64,000 nt of DNA from Candidatus Magasanikiibacteriota bacterium (GCA_963802255.1 CAWDHY010000001.1:427842-491841); one strand, 5' to 3'; shown: positions 18,917 through 28,390, numbered from the stretch's first letter. Notes: generated by a model not told the origin, from the letters alone. Numbers and translations: made by a program.

Positions 18917-19567
18917 TTAGCGGCTTTTGGTGTGCTGGTTCTTTTTGTGGGCAATGGATAGACAGGCAAACGGAAGGGATAGGGCGAGGTTAGCGATTGC
19001 CACCCAGATAAACGGGTGATCCGCATCCGGGTAGGCCACAATAATGGCGCCAAGTCCTATAACCTGCAAATTAAACTTTAGCTTGCCGGCATAGGTGGCT
19101 TTTAGTTCCCGTTTAACTGCGGTATTTGACCTGTTGTACGCGAAGTCACGGGTTCTGACGATAGCGAGGGTTAACTCGCTTGCCGATGCAATCAGACAAA
19201 GGGTCAAAATAAGCATGGCGCGGAAATCGGTAGGTGACATCGTCAGGAGCCGGATTGAAATCGGCAAGGCGATTGCTGAGAAGAATAGTTTGTCCGAAAT
19301 CGGATCAAGAAATTTCCCCAGCTCTGATACCTCGTTCCGGCCTCTTGCCAGAGCTCCGTCAACATAATCCAGTGATCCGGCGAATACGAACATTATCATA
19401 GCCGGAATTGTGTGCTGATAATAAATCAGAACAACAATCGGCAGGGCCAGAATCGTCCGAAAAATTGTAACCATATTCGGGCTAAGTCCCTTTGGCGTGG
19501 CAGTTGCGATGCGTCCTTCAAGGTGCCGGTTTAACCAGCGGTATGATTTTAAAAAGATCGTCTCCAT
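18917..19567 (-). CDS. CDP-alcohol phosphatidyltransferase family protein (PgsA-like)
   Basis: Signature 'DYVDGALARGRNEVSELGKFLDPISDKLF' (D-G-x2-AR...G-x3-D-x3-D). AGGAGG precedes ATG 19567 (METIFL...). Confidence 0.65.
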   Translation of the reverse strand: METIFLKSYRWLNRHLEGRIATATPKGLSPNMVTIFRTILALPIVVLIYYQHTIPAMIMFVFAGSLDYVDGALARGRNEVSELGKFLDPISDKLFFSAIALPISIRLLTMSPTDFRAMLILTLCLIASASELTLAIVRTRDFAYNRSNTAVKRELKATYAGKLKFNLQVIGLGAIIVAYPDADHPFIWVAIANLALSLPFACLSIAHKKNQHTKSR

Positions 19568-19608
19568 ACAACCTCCTTTGAGAGAGCCGAGTATCAATGT
19601 AGTGCCTT

Positions 19609-19637
19609 TTGCTTTTTTTGTCAATCTTTAATATAAT
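19609..19637 (+). promoter_or_regulatory. candidate sigma70 promoter
   Basis: TTGCTT, 17 nt spacer, TATAAT (19632-19637), 18 nt upstream of the 19655 ORF. Confidence 0.4.
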
Positions 19638-19654
19638 TCAAATTACTAACCAAT

Positions 19655-21730
19655 ATGCTAAGTAGACTGCTGACAATTTTTTCCATCGTATTACTGCTTT
19701 TTTTTAATTTGGAATATTGGCATTTTTCCTGGCTGGGATGGCTGGTATTGCCGATATATTTTTGGTTTATATCAGACGGTTTTGAAAAAGCGCTGATAAA
19801 ATTTTTTAATTTCTCGCCGAACGCAAGAACAAAGTTATATGGCGCTTTTTTCGGTTTTATTTTGCTTGGTTGGTTGTGCGGCGCTCTAATTGTTTTTTAT
19901 AAACTTACCCCTGTTTTAATTTCTACAGCAATGGTCATAGTCGGATTAATCTCTCAGATACTTGACAATTGGGCGACGAAAGCAAAAAATACGGAAATTT
20001 CCGAAACTGTTCAGGAAGAAATTATTGAAATACCACAAAGCAAAATATATCTTTGGGCCTATTTTATTTTTTTTATTTTTGGATTAGTTTTGCTTTGGCA
20101 ATGCCGCACCGGACGCGAGATAGAAACTCCCTGGCAGGTGGTTCCGGTTAATTTTATTTATTTATTTTTTTTAGCGGCATTGACTTTGGGCGGATTATTT
20201 TTTTCCAAGCTTAAAACAAAGACACTGCTATTTTTAATTGTCCTGCAGACGTTTATGATGGCCGCATATCTGCCTATGTCCCATAAGTTATTTTATGGAG
20301 CAGATGGATGGCGGCACATTGCTTCAATGGAGCGTATAATCGCCGAAGTACCGTTGTCAGCGCAAAATTATGCAATGGACTCAAGCTGGATAAGCCGGCT
20401 GGATCCGGGACTTTTTTCATATAGTCAATTTTGGGGATCACTAAGCACTCTTTCCCGTTTGTTGAATGTCGGATTAATTCCTTTGACCGCATGGTTTCAG
20501 CCTTTGCTTTTCTCGCTTCTTATACCGCTGTTGCTTTATGAGATCGGTGTTTCGCTTGGCTGGGGGAAAAGGAAACCGCTTCTTTTTGCCTGGTTCGGAT
20601 TATGGCCCTTTGCTTTTCAGGCGGCGAGTTCTTTTTCTTTGCCCGTGAATTATGGATTTATAATATTTCTATTTTTATTACTGTTGCTCTTGAAAAGAGG
20701 AGAAGGCAAACGCCATGAGCAGGTGTTTATGTTATTAGCTCTGGGCGTTTTTTCTTTCTTCGGGTACGCTTTGTATTTTATTATATTTTGGGTTTCATGG
20801 TTTCTTTTTGAATTCTTAAATAGAAGAAAATGTGAGAAGCCCGCTTTAAGAGGAAAGATTATCTATGCGGCAATAATCTTTTCAGCTGTAGTTTTTATTC
20901 CGGTAATTGAACTGACAGCCGGTTACGCAAAATTCAGCGCGGTCAGTAACATTGCTTCCTCATCAGCCCAGGCGATAGGAAATTTTTCGGGTTATTACTT
21001 GGCCAATGGTCCGCGTCCGCATATTATTGAAAGGGGAAATGTTTTTTTTAACCAAACCCCGTCATATTTATTTTTTCCGAATGCTTTGACTGCGTGGCGT
21101 TGGTGGATTCCGGCATTCATGATAATGATATTTTGCGCGATGATTTTTGGCCTGATTAAATTTTTTAGAAGTACAATTGCAAATGAAAAGTGGCTGGCGA
21201 TTTTAGGGGTGGGTATTTATGGTGGCTATATTATCAGCAGATATTTTTTTTCCGGCGATAATATTTTAAGCAGACGGCTTGATGTTGTATTGGCTTTTTT
21301 TGGGATAATATTTTTATTTAAAGCGGTCGAAAAGGTCTTTGATAAAAATCAGTTCGCTTCTCTTTTGATCCTCATTGTCGGTTCTGTGGCGATTGCCTCA
21401 TCATATTCGCTTGGCCCGGTATCGCGGGCGATGAGTGTCGCCGAATATGAAACTGCCGGTAAGGTATGGTCGGAGATTAAGCAAGATGATAAATATTGCG
21501 TGGTGGCTGACACTTATCAACTACTTGCGCTTGAAGCCGTATCCGCAAAAAAAGTAATTGGCGGAGGATTCCCGATTGACAAAAATTTTGGCCAATCCGA
21601 GTTGGTTTCTTTATATAAAGATTTTATCAATACACCAAGCGAGGCGCTTTGGCAAAAAACGGCGCAACTAACCGGTGCGGATAAATGCTATCTGATTATT
21701 AATAATAATATTGAAAGTAAAAATTTTTAA
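19655..21730 (+). CDS. large polytopic membrane protein, possible GT-C type glycosyltransferase
   Basis: 691 aa with at least 12 predicted TM helices and a C-terminal soluble domain of about 110 aa. A 'YGADGWRH' loop motif is reminiscent of GT-C enzymes. No family can be assigned by eye. Confidence 0.35.
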   Translation: MLSRLLTIFSIVLLLFFNLEYWHFSWLGWLVLPIYFWFISDGFEKALIKFFNFSPNARTKLYGAFFGFILLGWLCGALIVFYKLTPVLISTAMVIVGLISQILDNWATKAKNTEISETVQEEIIEIPQSKIYLWAYFIFFIFGLVLLWQCRTGREIETPWQVVPVNFIYLFFLAALTLGGLFFSKLKTKTLLFLIVLQTFMMAAYLPMSHKLFYGADGWRHIASMERIIAEVPLSAQNYAMDSSWISRLDPGLFSYSQFWGSLSTLSRLLNVGLIPLTAWFQPLLFSLLIPLLLYEIGVSLGWGKRKPLLFAWFGLWPFAFQAASSFSLPVNYGFIIFLFLLLLLLKRGEGKRHEQVFMLLALGVFSFFGYALYFIIFWVSWFLFEFLNRRKCEKPALRGKIIYAAIIFSAVVFIPVIELTAGYAKFSAVSNIASSSAQAIGNFSGYYLANGPRPHIIERGNVFFNQTPSYLFFPNALTAWRWWIPAFMIMIFCAMIFGLIKFFRSTIANEKWLAILGVGIYGGYIISRYFFSGDNILSRRLDVVLAFFGIIFLFKAVEKVFDKNQFASLLILIVGSVAIASSYSLGPVSRAMSVAEYETAGKVWSEIKQDDKYCVVADTYQLLALEAVSAKKVIGGGFPIDKNFGQSELVSLYKDFINTPSEALWQKTAQLTGADKCYLIINNNIESKNF

Positions 21731-21740
21731 TATATAATTT

Positions 21741-22139
21741 ATGGATTGTATTTTTTGTAAAATCATTGCAGGCGAGATTCCTTGCCACAAAGTATATGAA
21801 GATGAAAATGTCCTCGCGTTTCTTGATATTTTTCCTCACGCCAAAGGTCATACGGTAGTGGTGCCAAAAAAACACATCGGCAGTATTTTTGATTTTTTAC
21901 CGGAAGAACGGATAAATTTTTCAGCCGGCCTGTCCGCTGCCGCCAAGCGGGTAGATGACGTAATTCAACCCGAAGGGATGAATATAGGGATAAATGACCG
22001 TCCGGCGGCGGGCCAGGTAGTTCCGCACGTGCATTGGCATATTTTTCCCCGCTGGAATGGAGACGGGGGAGGATCAGTTCACTCAATTAAAGCTCAGGAA
22101 AAGATTGATGTGGACGAAATCGCTAAGCTTTTCAGTTAA
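21741..22139 (+). CDS. HIT family (histidine triad) hydrolase
   Basis: 132 aa. 'CIFCKIIAGEIP' N-terminus and the triad 'HVHWHIFPR'. Confidence 0.8.
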   Translation: MDCIFCKIIAGEIPCHKVYEDENVLAFLDIFPHAKGHTVVVPKKHIGSIFDFLPEERINFSAGLSAAAKRVDDVIQPEGMNIGINDRPAAGQVVPHVHWHIFPRWNGDGGGSVHSIKAQEKIDVDEIAKLFS

Positions 22140-22153
22140 CACAGCTCGTTTTT

Positions 22154-22161
22154 TGGTGTAT
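22154..22161 (+). promoter_or_regulatory. candidate extended -10 promoter element (TGTATAAT)
   Basis: 'ggtgtataat' ends 10 nt before ATG 22172. This implies a very short or leaderless transcript for the NTPase gene. Confidence 0.3.
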
Positions 22162-22171
22162 AATAACCGGC

Positions 22172-23968
22172 ATGGCAGATATGATGACAAATCAGGCGGA
22201 CGAAAAAAATCCGCTCTTAACAGTTGACCCAAATGTCAACTATTTTGGGTTAACCAATTACCGCAATCAATACCGTAAATTCGGCGTTAAGCTGGACGAC
22301 CGCCGCCGTCATATGTACGTGGTGGGAAAAACCGGTATGGGAAAAACTACCATGTTGGAAAATATGGTGCTTAATGATATCTATGCGGGGCATGGCGTTG
22401 GTTTAGTGGATCCGCATGGAGATTTTGCGGAAAAAATCATCAATTTCATTCCGGCCAACCGGGTCAATGATGTTGTATATTTTAATCCGGCGGACATAAA
22501 TTATCCGGTTGGATTCAATATGTTTGAGATGGTGAATCCGGAACATAAACACTTGGTGGCTTCCGGACTGATGGGTGTATTTAAGAAAATATGGGTGGAC
22601 ATGTGGAGTTCCAGAATGGAATATATTTTAAATAACACTATTCTGGCATTGCTTGATTTCCCTGATACCACTCTGCTCGGTATCAACCGCTTGTTGGCCG
22701 ATAACGATTATCGCGAACGGGTTGTCAGAAATTTAAAAGATCCGGTGGTTAAAGCTTTCTGGGAGACTGAATTTGCGAATTATAATGACCGTTACAAGCA
22801 GGAGGCGGTAGCTCCGATACAAAACAAGATTGGTCAGTTTTTATCGGCTTCGGTAATCCGAAATATTGTCGCGCAGGTTAAATCTAAAATAAATATCAGG
22901 GAAATAATGGACACTAAGAAGATATTTATTATGAATCTGTCCAAAGGCAGGATAGGGGAAGATAACTCCCGTCTTTTGGGTGGCATGCTTATAACAAAAA
23001 TTCAGCTTTCGGCAATGGAGCGCGTGGACATCCCGGAAAAAGAACGTAAGGATTTCTTTTTGTATGTTGATGAATTTCAAAACTTCGCTACTGAAAGTTT
23101 TGCCAATATTTTATCAGAAGCCAGAAAATACCGGCTCGGTCTGACAATGGCTCATCAGTACATGGAACAATTAGACGAGAAAGTTCTGGCGGCGGTTATT
23201 GGTAACGTCGGCAGTTTAATTACTTATAGAGTAGGGTCAACGGATGCTGAAATTTTGGTAAAAGAATTCGCGCCTATTTTTACGGAAGAGGACCTGGTAA
23301 ATCTGCCGAAGTTTAATATTTATTTGAAATTGATGATAGATGGTGTTTCATCACGCCCATTTTCGGCGCTGTCAATGCCGCCGATCGGTTCGTCTACCGA
23401 TAGCGCGGAAAGAGTAGTTCGCGTTTCCAGAGAGCGTTATGGTACACCACGTGAAAAAATTGAGGAAAAAATTATGCGTTGGAGCGGTATGGAAGCGGGT
23501 GGTCCGGACGATGATGATAATATTGATCAAAAAACTGAAACCGGCGCGCATATTCCGGTCATGGTGAACGGCGAAGCACCTAAAAAACTTGGTGATTTTA
23601 TTAAAAAGGAAGACCAAAAAGAGCCGGAAAAAAAATATTCTCCACAAAAGCCGAAAAGAGACGGTTTTAAGTCTTCAGGAAAACCTGCTTTTAACAAAGA
23701 TAGAAATAAAAGACAAATGAATGAAACACCCAGGCCGGCGCCGCGTCCGGTTAATCAGATAATCGCCGAAGAAAGCTCCGGTTCCGAGATGGTTGTTCCG
23801 GCAATTTCATTAGAAGCCATCCAACCAACAGAAACACCAAAAATAATACTTCAGGAATCTTCGCAAACAGCGCGAACTGAAAGCCGGCCGGCGGAAGATA
23901 CAAAGGTTATCAGGCACGGTCAGGTGGTAAAGTTTGACGATGGCCAGCCAGTTGACTTTTCAGTATAA
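22172..23968 (+). CDS. soluble TraD/VirD4/HerA-like P-loop NTPase with a disordered C-terminal tail
   Basis: 598 aa. Walker A 'VVGKTGMGKTT', 'GLVDPHGDF', Walker B region 'FFLYVDEFQNFATESF', 'ARKYRLGLTMAHQYMEQL'. The C-terminal ~170 aa is Pro/Glu/Lys/Ser-rich and ends in a short 'VIRHGQVVKFDDGQPVDFSV' module. No N-terminal TM helices are present. Confidence 0.55.
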   Translation: MADMMTNQADEKNPLLTVDPNVNYFGLTNYRNQYRKFGVKLDDRRRHMYVVGKTGMGKTTMLENMVLNDIYAGHGVGLVDPHGDFAEKIINFIPANRVNDVVYFNPADINYPVGFNMFEMVNPEHKHLVASGLMGVFKKIWVDMWSSRMEYILNNTILALLDFPDTTLLGINRLLADNDYRERVVRNLKDPVVKAFWETEFANYNDRYKQEAVAPIQNKIGQFLSASVIRNIVAQVKSKINIREIMDTKKIFIMNLSKGRIGEDNSRLLGGMLITKIQLSAMERVDIPEKERKDFFLYVDEFQNFATESFANILSEARKYRLGLTMAHQYMEQLDEKVLAAVIGNVGSLITYRVGSTDAEILVKEFAPIFTEEDLVNLPKFNIYLKLMIDGVSSRPFSALSMPPIGSSTDSAERVVRVSRERYGTPREKIEEKIMRWSGMEAGGPDDDDNIDQKTETGAHIPVMVNGEAPKKLGDFIKKEDQKEPEKKYSPQKPKRDGFKSSGKPAFNKDRNKRQMNETPRPAPRPVNQIIAEESSGSEMVVPAISLEAIQPTETPKIILQESSQTARTESRPAEDTKVIRHGQVVKFDDGQPVDFSV

Positions 23969-24121
23969 GGTGCTATAATTATTTTGCAATTTTTGGGTAA
24001 CACGATATAGTAGTTCCCAAATACAAGCCTGCTTAAAGTGGGATTGCCCCAAAATTGGGGTTGGGTCGATTTAATTAAATTTGTCTCAAAAAACATTTTG
24101 GGAATAATAGATTGGTATCAT

Positions 24122-24454
24122 ATGTCATTTGGCGATGATAAACCGAAGTTCAGCGTAGATTTAACCTGTTCCCGTTGCGGAACGCACATCTCTGAACTTC
24201 CGTTTCAGCCGACAGGCGACCGTAAAGTATACTGTGCCGAGTGCAATCGTGCGTATTGGCAAGACAAGCGCGGCAGCGGTTTTGGCGGAGGTAGCCGCGA
24301 CGGTGGACGAGGACGCGGACCGAGTCAGAAATTTCAGGTCAACCTGAATTGCGCTGACTGTGGAAAGCAGATTACCGAATTACCCTTTGAACCAAAGGGC
24401 GATAAACCGGTTTACTGCACCGACTGTCTGCGTACGAGACGCAACGCAGCTTAA
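24122..24454 (+). CDS. tandem CxxC-x18-CxxC zinc-ribbon protein with a Gly/Arg-rich linker
   Basis: Two near-identical modules, 'LTCSRCGTHISELPFQPTGDRKVYCAEC' and 'LNCADCGKQITELPFEPKGDKPVYCTDC', joined by 'RGSGFGGGSRDGGRGRG'. Start taken at ATG 24122. The upstream in-frame extension is rejected. Confidence 0.55.
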   Translation: MSFGDDKPKFSVDLTCSRCGTHISELPFQPTGDRKVYCAECNRAYWQDKRGSGFGGGSRDGGRGRGPSQKFQVNLNCADCGKQITELPFEPKGDKPVYCTDCLRTRRNAA

Positions 24455-24466
24455 ACTTCAAAAAAT

Positions 24467-24501
24467 ACCGTCCGCCAGCTGGTGGACGGTATTTTTATTG
24501 A
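24467..24501 (+). terminator. rho-independent terminator
   Basis: 'accgtccgcc-agct-ggtggacggt' (one G-U pair) followed by 'atttttatt', immediately after the zinc-ribbon gene. Confidence 0.6.
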
Positions 24502-24532
24502 AAAAAAATGCAAATCGGATATAATTGATTGT

Positions 24533-25618
24533 ATGAAAGAAAAAAATGCAAATCACCCTAAAGTTTTAGTCGCCATGTCCGGTGGAGTTGACTCATCAGT
24601 AGCAGCCGCGCTTTTAATGCGCGCCGGTTTTGATGTCACCGGAGCTTTTATGGTAAATTTTGATGAAGCGATTGACGACATCGGCGGTAGTTGTTGGCGT
24701 GGTGATTATCAGGATGCGATTCGTGTTGCCGCCAAGCTCGGTATTCCTTTGTTGAGATTAAATTTCACTAAGGAATATAAAAAGATGGTTTTAGATTATA
24801 TGTATCAGGAATATATGGCTGGCCGGACGCCCAATCCAGATGTTTTGTGTAATAAATTTATTAAATTTGGTGTTTGGCTAAAAAAGGCAAAAGAGATGGG
24901 GTTTGATTTTCTCGCGACCGGGCATTATGCCCGTTTAAAACAAAATGGTATTATCAGGCTTACTCAAGCTACGGACAGCAATAAGGACCAAACGTATTTT
25001 TTGCATCAACTAAAGCAAAATCAGTTAAGGAGTACGCTGTTTCCAATTGGCGAATACACTAAATCTCAAGTGCGTTCTTTGGCAAAAAAATTTAGATTGC
25101 CGAATGCGGATAAAGAAGAAAGCATGGGCATTTGTTTTATTGGTGAAGTGCCGATGAAGAAATTTTTGATGAGAAAGATAAAAATTAAAAAAGGGAAAAT
25201 TATTTTAAGCACAGGAGAAATTGTCGGCACGCACGAAGGATTGGCGTTTTACACAATTGGTGAGAGGATAGGCCTGGATATTGGTAAAGGTATTGGTAAT
25301 AAAATGCCAAACGGCAAGGAGCCGGTATATGTTGTCGGAAAAAAAATAAAAGAAAATAAGCTGATAGCCGGTTCAGAAAATGACCCATTGCTTTTTAAAA
25401 AAGAAGCACTTATAAAAAATGTTTGTTGGATTGCTGGACGAGCGCCAAAATTTCCGCTAAAATGTGAAGTGCGACTGCGTCACCGGCAGCCGCTTCAAAA
25501 ATGTGTAATAACGAAAAATAAGGTAAATTTTAGCGCTCCGCAACGGGCGGTGACTCCCGGACAGTTTGCCGTATTCTATTTGAGAGGCGAGTGTTTGGGC
25601 GGGGGAGAAATTAAATAA
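24533..25618 (+). CDS. mnmA: tRNA-specific 2-thiouridylase MnmA
   Basis: PP-loop 'VLVAMSGGVDSSVAAALL' and catalytic Cys residues ('LCNKFIKF', 'MGICFIG'). Start at ATG 24533. Confidence 0.85.
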   Translation: MKEKNANHPKVLVAMSGGVDSSVAAALLMRAGFDVTGAFMVNFDEAIDDIGGSCWRGDYQDAIRVAAKLGIPLLRLNFTKEYKKMVLDYMYQEYMAGRTPNPDVLCNKFIKFGVWLKKAKEMGFDFLATGHYARLKQNGIIRLTQATDSNKDQTYFLHQLKQNQLRSTLFPIGEYTKSQVRSLAKKFRLPNADKEESMGICFIGEVPMKKFLMRKIKIKKGKIILSTGEIVGTHEGLAFYTIGERIGLDIGKGIGNKMPNGKEPVYVVGKKIKENKLIAGSENDPLLFKKEALIKNVCWIAGRAPKFPLKCEVRLRHRQPLQKCVITKNKVNFSAPQRAVTPGQFAVFYLRGECLGGGEIK

Positions 25619-25622
25619 ATAT

Positions 25623-27473
25623 ATGATCACTTCAGCGGAACTGCGTCAAAAATATCTGGATTTTTTTGTTTCAAAGGGGCATAAAATTATTCCTTCTGCT
25701 TCTTTGATTCCTGAAAATGACCCGACTGTTTTGTTTACAACCGCCGGCATGCACCCGTTAGTGCCTTATTTGTTGGGAGAGCCTCATCCCGAGGGAGATC
25801 GCCTGACCAGCGTTCAGAAATGCATCCGCACAAATGATATTGATGATGTGGGCGACAATAGGCACAATACTTTTTTTGAGATGCTCGGCAATTGGTCGCT
25901 CGGTAATTATTTTAAAAAAGATTCAATTGAGTGGAGCTGGGAGTTTTTAACTTCACCGGCTTGGCTTAATTTAGATCAGAGAAAAATAGCGGTAACTGTT
26001 TTTGCCGGCGATGACGATGCTCCTCGCGACGATGAATCGGCAGAGATGTGGAAAAATCTTGGTGTGCCGGAAAATAGGATTGCCTACCTGTCCAAAGTTG
26101 ATAATTGGTGGGGCCCGGCAGGACTGATCGGACCATGCGGTCCTGACACGGAAATTTTTTGGTGGAAAGGGGAAAGTGAATATCCGTCTGATGACAGCAA
26201 TCCGGGTTCAGAGCCTGATAACTGGCTTGAGATTTGGAATAATGTTTTCATGCAATATAATAAAACTGTGGATGGCAAGTATGAGCCTTTACAGCAAAAA
26301 AATGTTGATACAGGCATGGGTTTGGAAAGAACGTTGGTTACACTTAACGGTTTAAACGATGTTTATCAAATTGATACATTTTGGCCGCTGATACAAAAAA
26401 TTGAGCAGGTTTCAGGAAAGGAATATATTGAGAATGCTGACGTAACGCGTTCCATGCGCATAATTGCAGATCATTTGCGGTCGGCGACAATGATAATGGC
26501 TGACGATAAGGGGATTGCTCCGGGCAATGTTGATCAAGGTTATGTTGTCCGACGATTGATCAGAAGAGCGGTGCGGCACGGGCGTTTGATCGGCATGAAT
26601 CAGAATTTTTGCTCTGCGATCGCCGAAGAAGTTATCGATATTTATAAAAATATTTATTACGAATCATTGGAAAATAAGGAGTTTATTTTATTTGAGATCG
26701 GAAAAGAAGAAAGTAAATTTAGAAATACAATTGAGCAGGGGATGAAAGAATTTGAAAAACTTTTAGCCGGTTTCCAGATTGCGTTTGAAAAAATGGGGGA
26801 GAGAGTCGCACAAATTTCAGGTAAGCAGGCATTTAAACTTTATGAGTCATACGGCTTTCCTCTGGAGATGACATTGGAGCTTGCAACAGAAAACGGGCTG
26901 ACGGTTGATGTGGAAGGCTTTGAACATGCATTTAAAGCTCATCAGGATCTATCGCGTGCCGGTGCCGAACAAAAATTTAAGGGAGGGCTGGCGGATGCCG
27001 GTGAAATGTCGGTTAAATATCATACGGCGACTCATTTATTGCATGCGGCACTTCGCGCCGTACTTGGGTCGCATGTTGAACAGCGTGGCAGCAATATCAC
27101 GTCTGAACGTTTACGTTTTGATTTTTCACATCCGGAAAAATTAGACAACGAACAGAAAAAAAATATTGAAGAATTGGTAAATTATGCCATTCAGCACGAC
27201 TATCGCGTTTCGTTTTCGGAAATGACCGTGGCTGAAGCAAAGGAAAACGGGGCCATGGGGTTATTTGAGGATAAATATGGAACCAAGGTAAAAGTATATA
27301 CTGTAGGTGATCCGAATGAAAAACCATCCGCGCATGAAGGATCGCTCGCGTTCAGTAAAGAGATTTGTGGCGGCCCTCATGTAGCAAGTACCGGAGACCT
27401 CGGGATATTTAAAATAGTTAAAGAAGAGGCGGTTAGCGCCGGTGTGCGCCGTATAAAAGCAACGCTTTCATAA
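25623..27473 (+). CDS. alaS: alanine--tRNA ligase (short form lacking the C-Ala domain)
   Basis: 616 aa. Class II catalytic core and an editing domain with 'HTATHLLHAAL' and 'CGGPHV'. It ends right after the editing domain ('GVRRIKATLS*'). Confidence 0.85.
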   Translation: MITSAELRQKYLDFFVSKGHKIIPSASLIPENDPTVLFTTAGMHPLVPYLLGEPHPEGDRLTSVQKCIRTNDIDDVGDNRHNTFFEMLGNWSLGNYFKKDSIEWSWEFLTSPAWLNLDQRKIAVTVFAGDDDAPRDDESAEMWKNLGVPENRIAYLSKVDNWWGPAGLIGPCGPDTEIFWWKGESEYPSDDSNPGSEPDNWLEIWNNVFMQYNKTVDGKYEPLQQKNVDTGMGLERTLVTLNGLNDVYQIDTFWPLIQKIEQVSGKEYIENADVTRSMRIIADHLRSATMIMADDKGIAPGNVDQGYVVRRLIRRAVRHGRLIGMNQNFCSAIAEEVIDIYKNIYYESLENKEFILFEIGKEESKFRNTIEQGMKEFEKLLAGFQIAFEKMGERVAQISGKQAFKLYESYGFPLEMTLELATENGLTVDVEGFEHAFKAHQDLSRAGAEQKFKGGLADAGEMSVKYHTATHLLHAALRAVLGSHVEQRGSNITSERLRFDFSHPEKLDNEQKKNIEELVNYAIQHDYRVSFSEMTVAEAKENGAMGLFEDKYGTKVKVYTVGDPNEKPSAHEGSLAFSKEICGGPHVASTGDLGIFKIVKEEAVSAGVRRIKATLS

Positions 27474-27477
27474 AATT

Positions 27478-27927
27478 ATGGTTGTGAAATTATTCAGATG
27501 GGTCTGGTCGGTAAGGTATCAATTTTTAAAATATTTCATTACCGGAGTCAGTGCGGCCATATTTGATATGGGATCCCTGTATCTGCTTAAAGAATTCGCC
27601 GGCATGAACCCTGTCGTTGCTGTTGTGATTAATCAGATATTTATCATTAATTACGTTTTTTTTATTAATAAGTATTGGTCTTTTCATTCGAACGGGATGA
27701 CCGGCCGGCAGATATTTCGTTTTCTTTTGTTATCATGCTGGAATTATTTATTTGCGATTTCTTGGATGTGGCTTTTTAATAATAAAATCGGGATAAATTA
27801 TTTGCTGGTAAGAATCGCGAATATTATTCTTGCCGTTTCCTGGAATTTTCTTCTCTATAAATATTTTGTTTTTAAAATTGAACAAGCCTCGGACCCTGTG
27901 AATAACGGCAAGTTTATCCAATTTTGA
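27478..27927 (+). CDS. GtrA family membrane protein
   Basis: 149 aa, 4 TM helices. 'KYFITGVSAAIFDMGSLYLL' resembles the GtrA N-terminus. Confidence 0.6.
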   Translation: MVVKLFRWVWSVRYQFLKYFITGVSAAIFDMGSLYLLKEFAGMNPVVAVVINQIFIINYVFFINKYWSFHSNGMTGRQIFRFLLLSCWNYLFAISWMWLFNNKIGINYLLVRIANIILAVSWNFLLYKYFVFKIEQASDPVNNGKFIQF

Positions 27928-28012
27928 AAAGACCAAAATAATGTATTTTTTGCTTAGTTTAGCCAAAATATTTCATATTAATTCAAAACTTGACAAATTA
28001 AGGCTAAAACGC

Positions 28013-28041
28013 TTGACTAATTTATTAGTTTCCGCTAAAAT
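28013..28041 (+). promoter_or_regulatory. sigma70-type promoter upstream of infA
   Basis: TTGACT (28013-28018), 17 nt spacer, TAAAAT (28036-28041). A second TTGACA lies at 27989-27994. Confidence 0.5.
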
Positions 28042-28077
28042 AGCCCTAACATTGTTCCGTAATATAAGTTTTTAACA

Positions 28078-28293
28078 ATGGCAAACAAAGACGTCATTGA
28101 GATCGATGGAACGGTTCAGGAATTACTACCTGCCGGAACTTTTCGGATTCGTCTGGAAAGCGGACAGGGAGTTGTGGCCCACTTGGCCGGGAAAATGCGG
28201 CTCAATAAGATCCGCTTGAGTATCGGCGATAAAGTGAAAGTTGCCATGACTCCGTATGATCTGACGAAAGGGAGGATTACTTTCCGTTATTAG
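28078..28293 (+). CDS. infA: translation initiation factor IF-1
   Basis: 71 aa '[41 protein letters not shown]...' is a near-canonical IF-1 with an S1-like fold. Confidence 0.9.
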   Translation: MANKDVIEIDGTVQELLPAGTFRIRLESGQGVVAHLAGKMRLNKIRLSIGDKVKVAMTPYDLTKGRITFRY

Positions 28294-28390
28294 CACAAAT
28301 TGAATTAGAGATATATGGGGCTTTGCCCTATATATAACTAGGTTTGCTCGGAAATGATAATTACTTTTCACTTCCTTGCTCGCCCAGAAT

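Noticed and set aside
23969-24121. Palindrome 'ccccaaaattgggg' (24046-24059) as a terminator for the NTPase gene
   Set aside because: It has only a 5-6 bp stem and no downstream U-tract. It may be incidental. The clear terminator is at 24467-24501.
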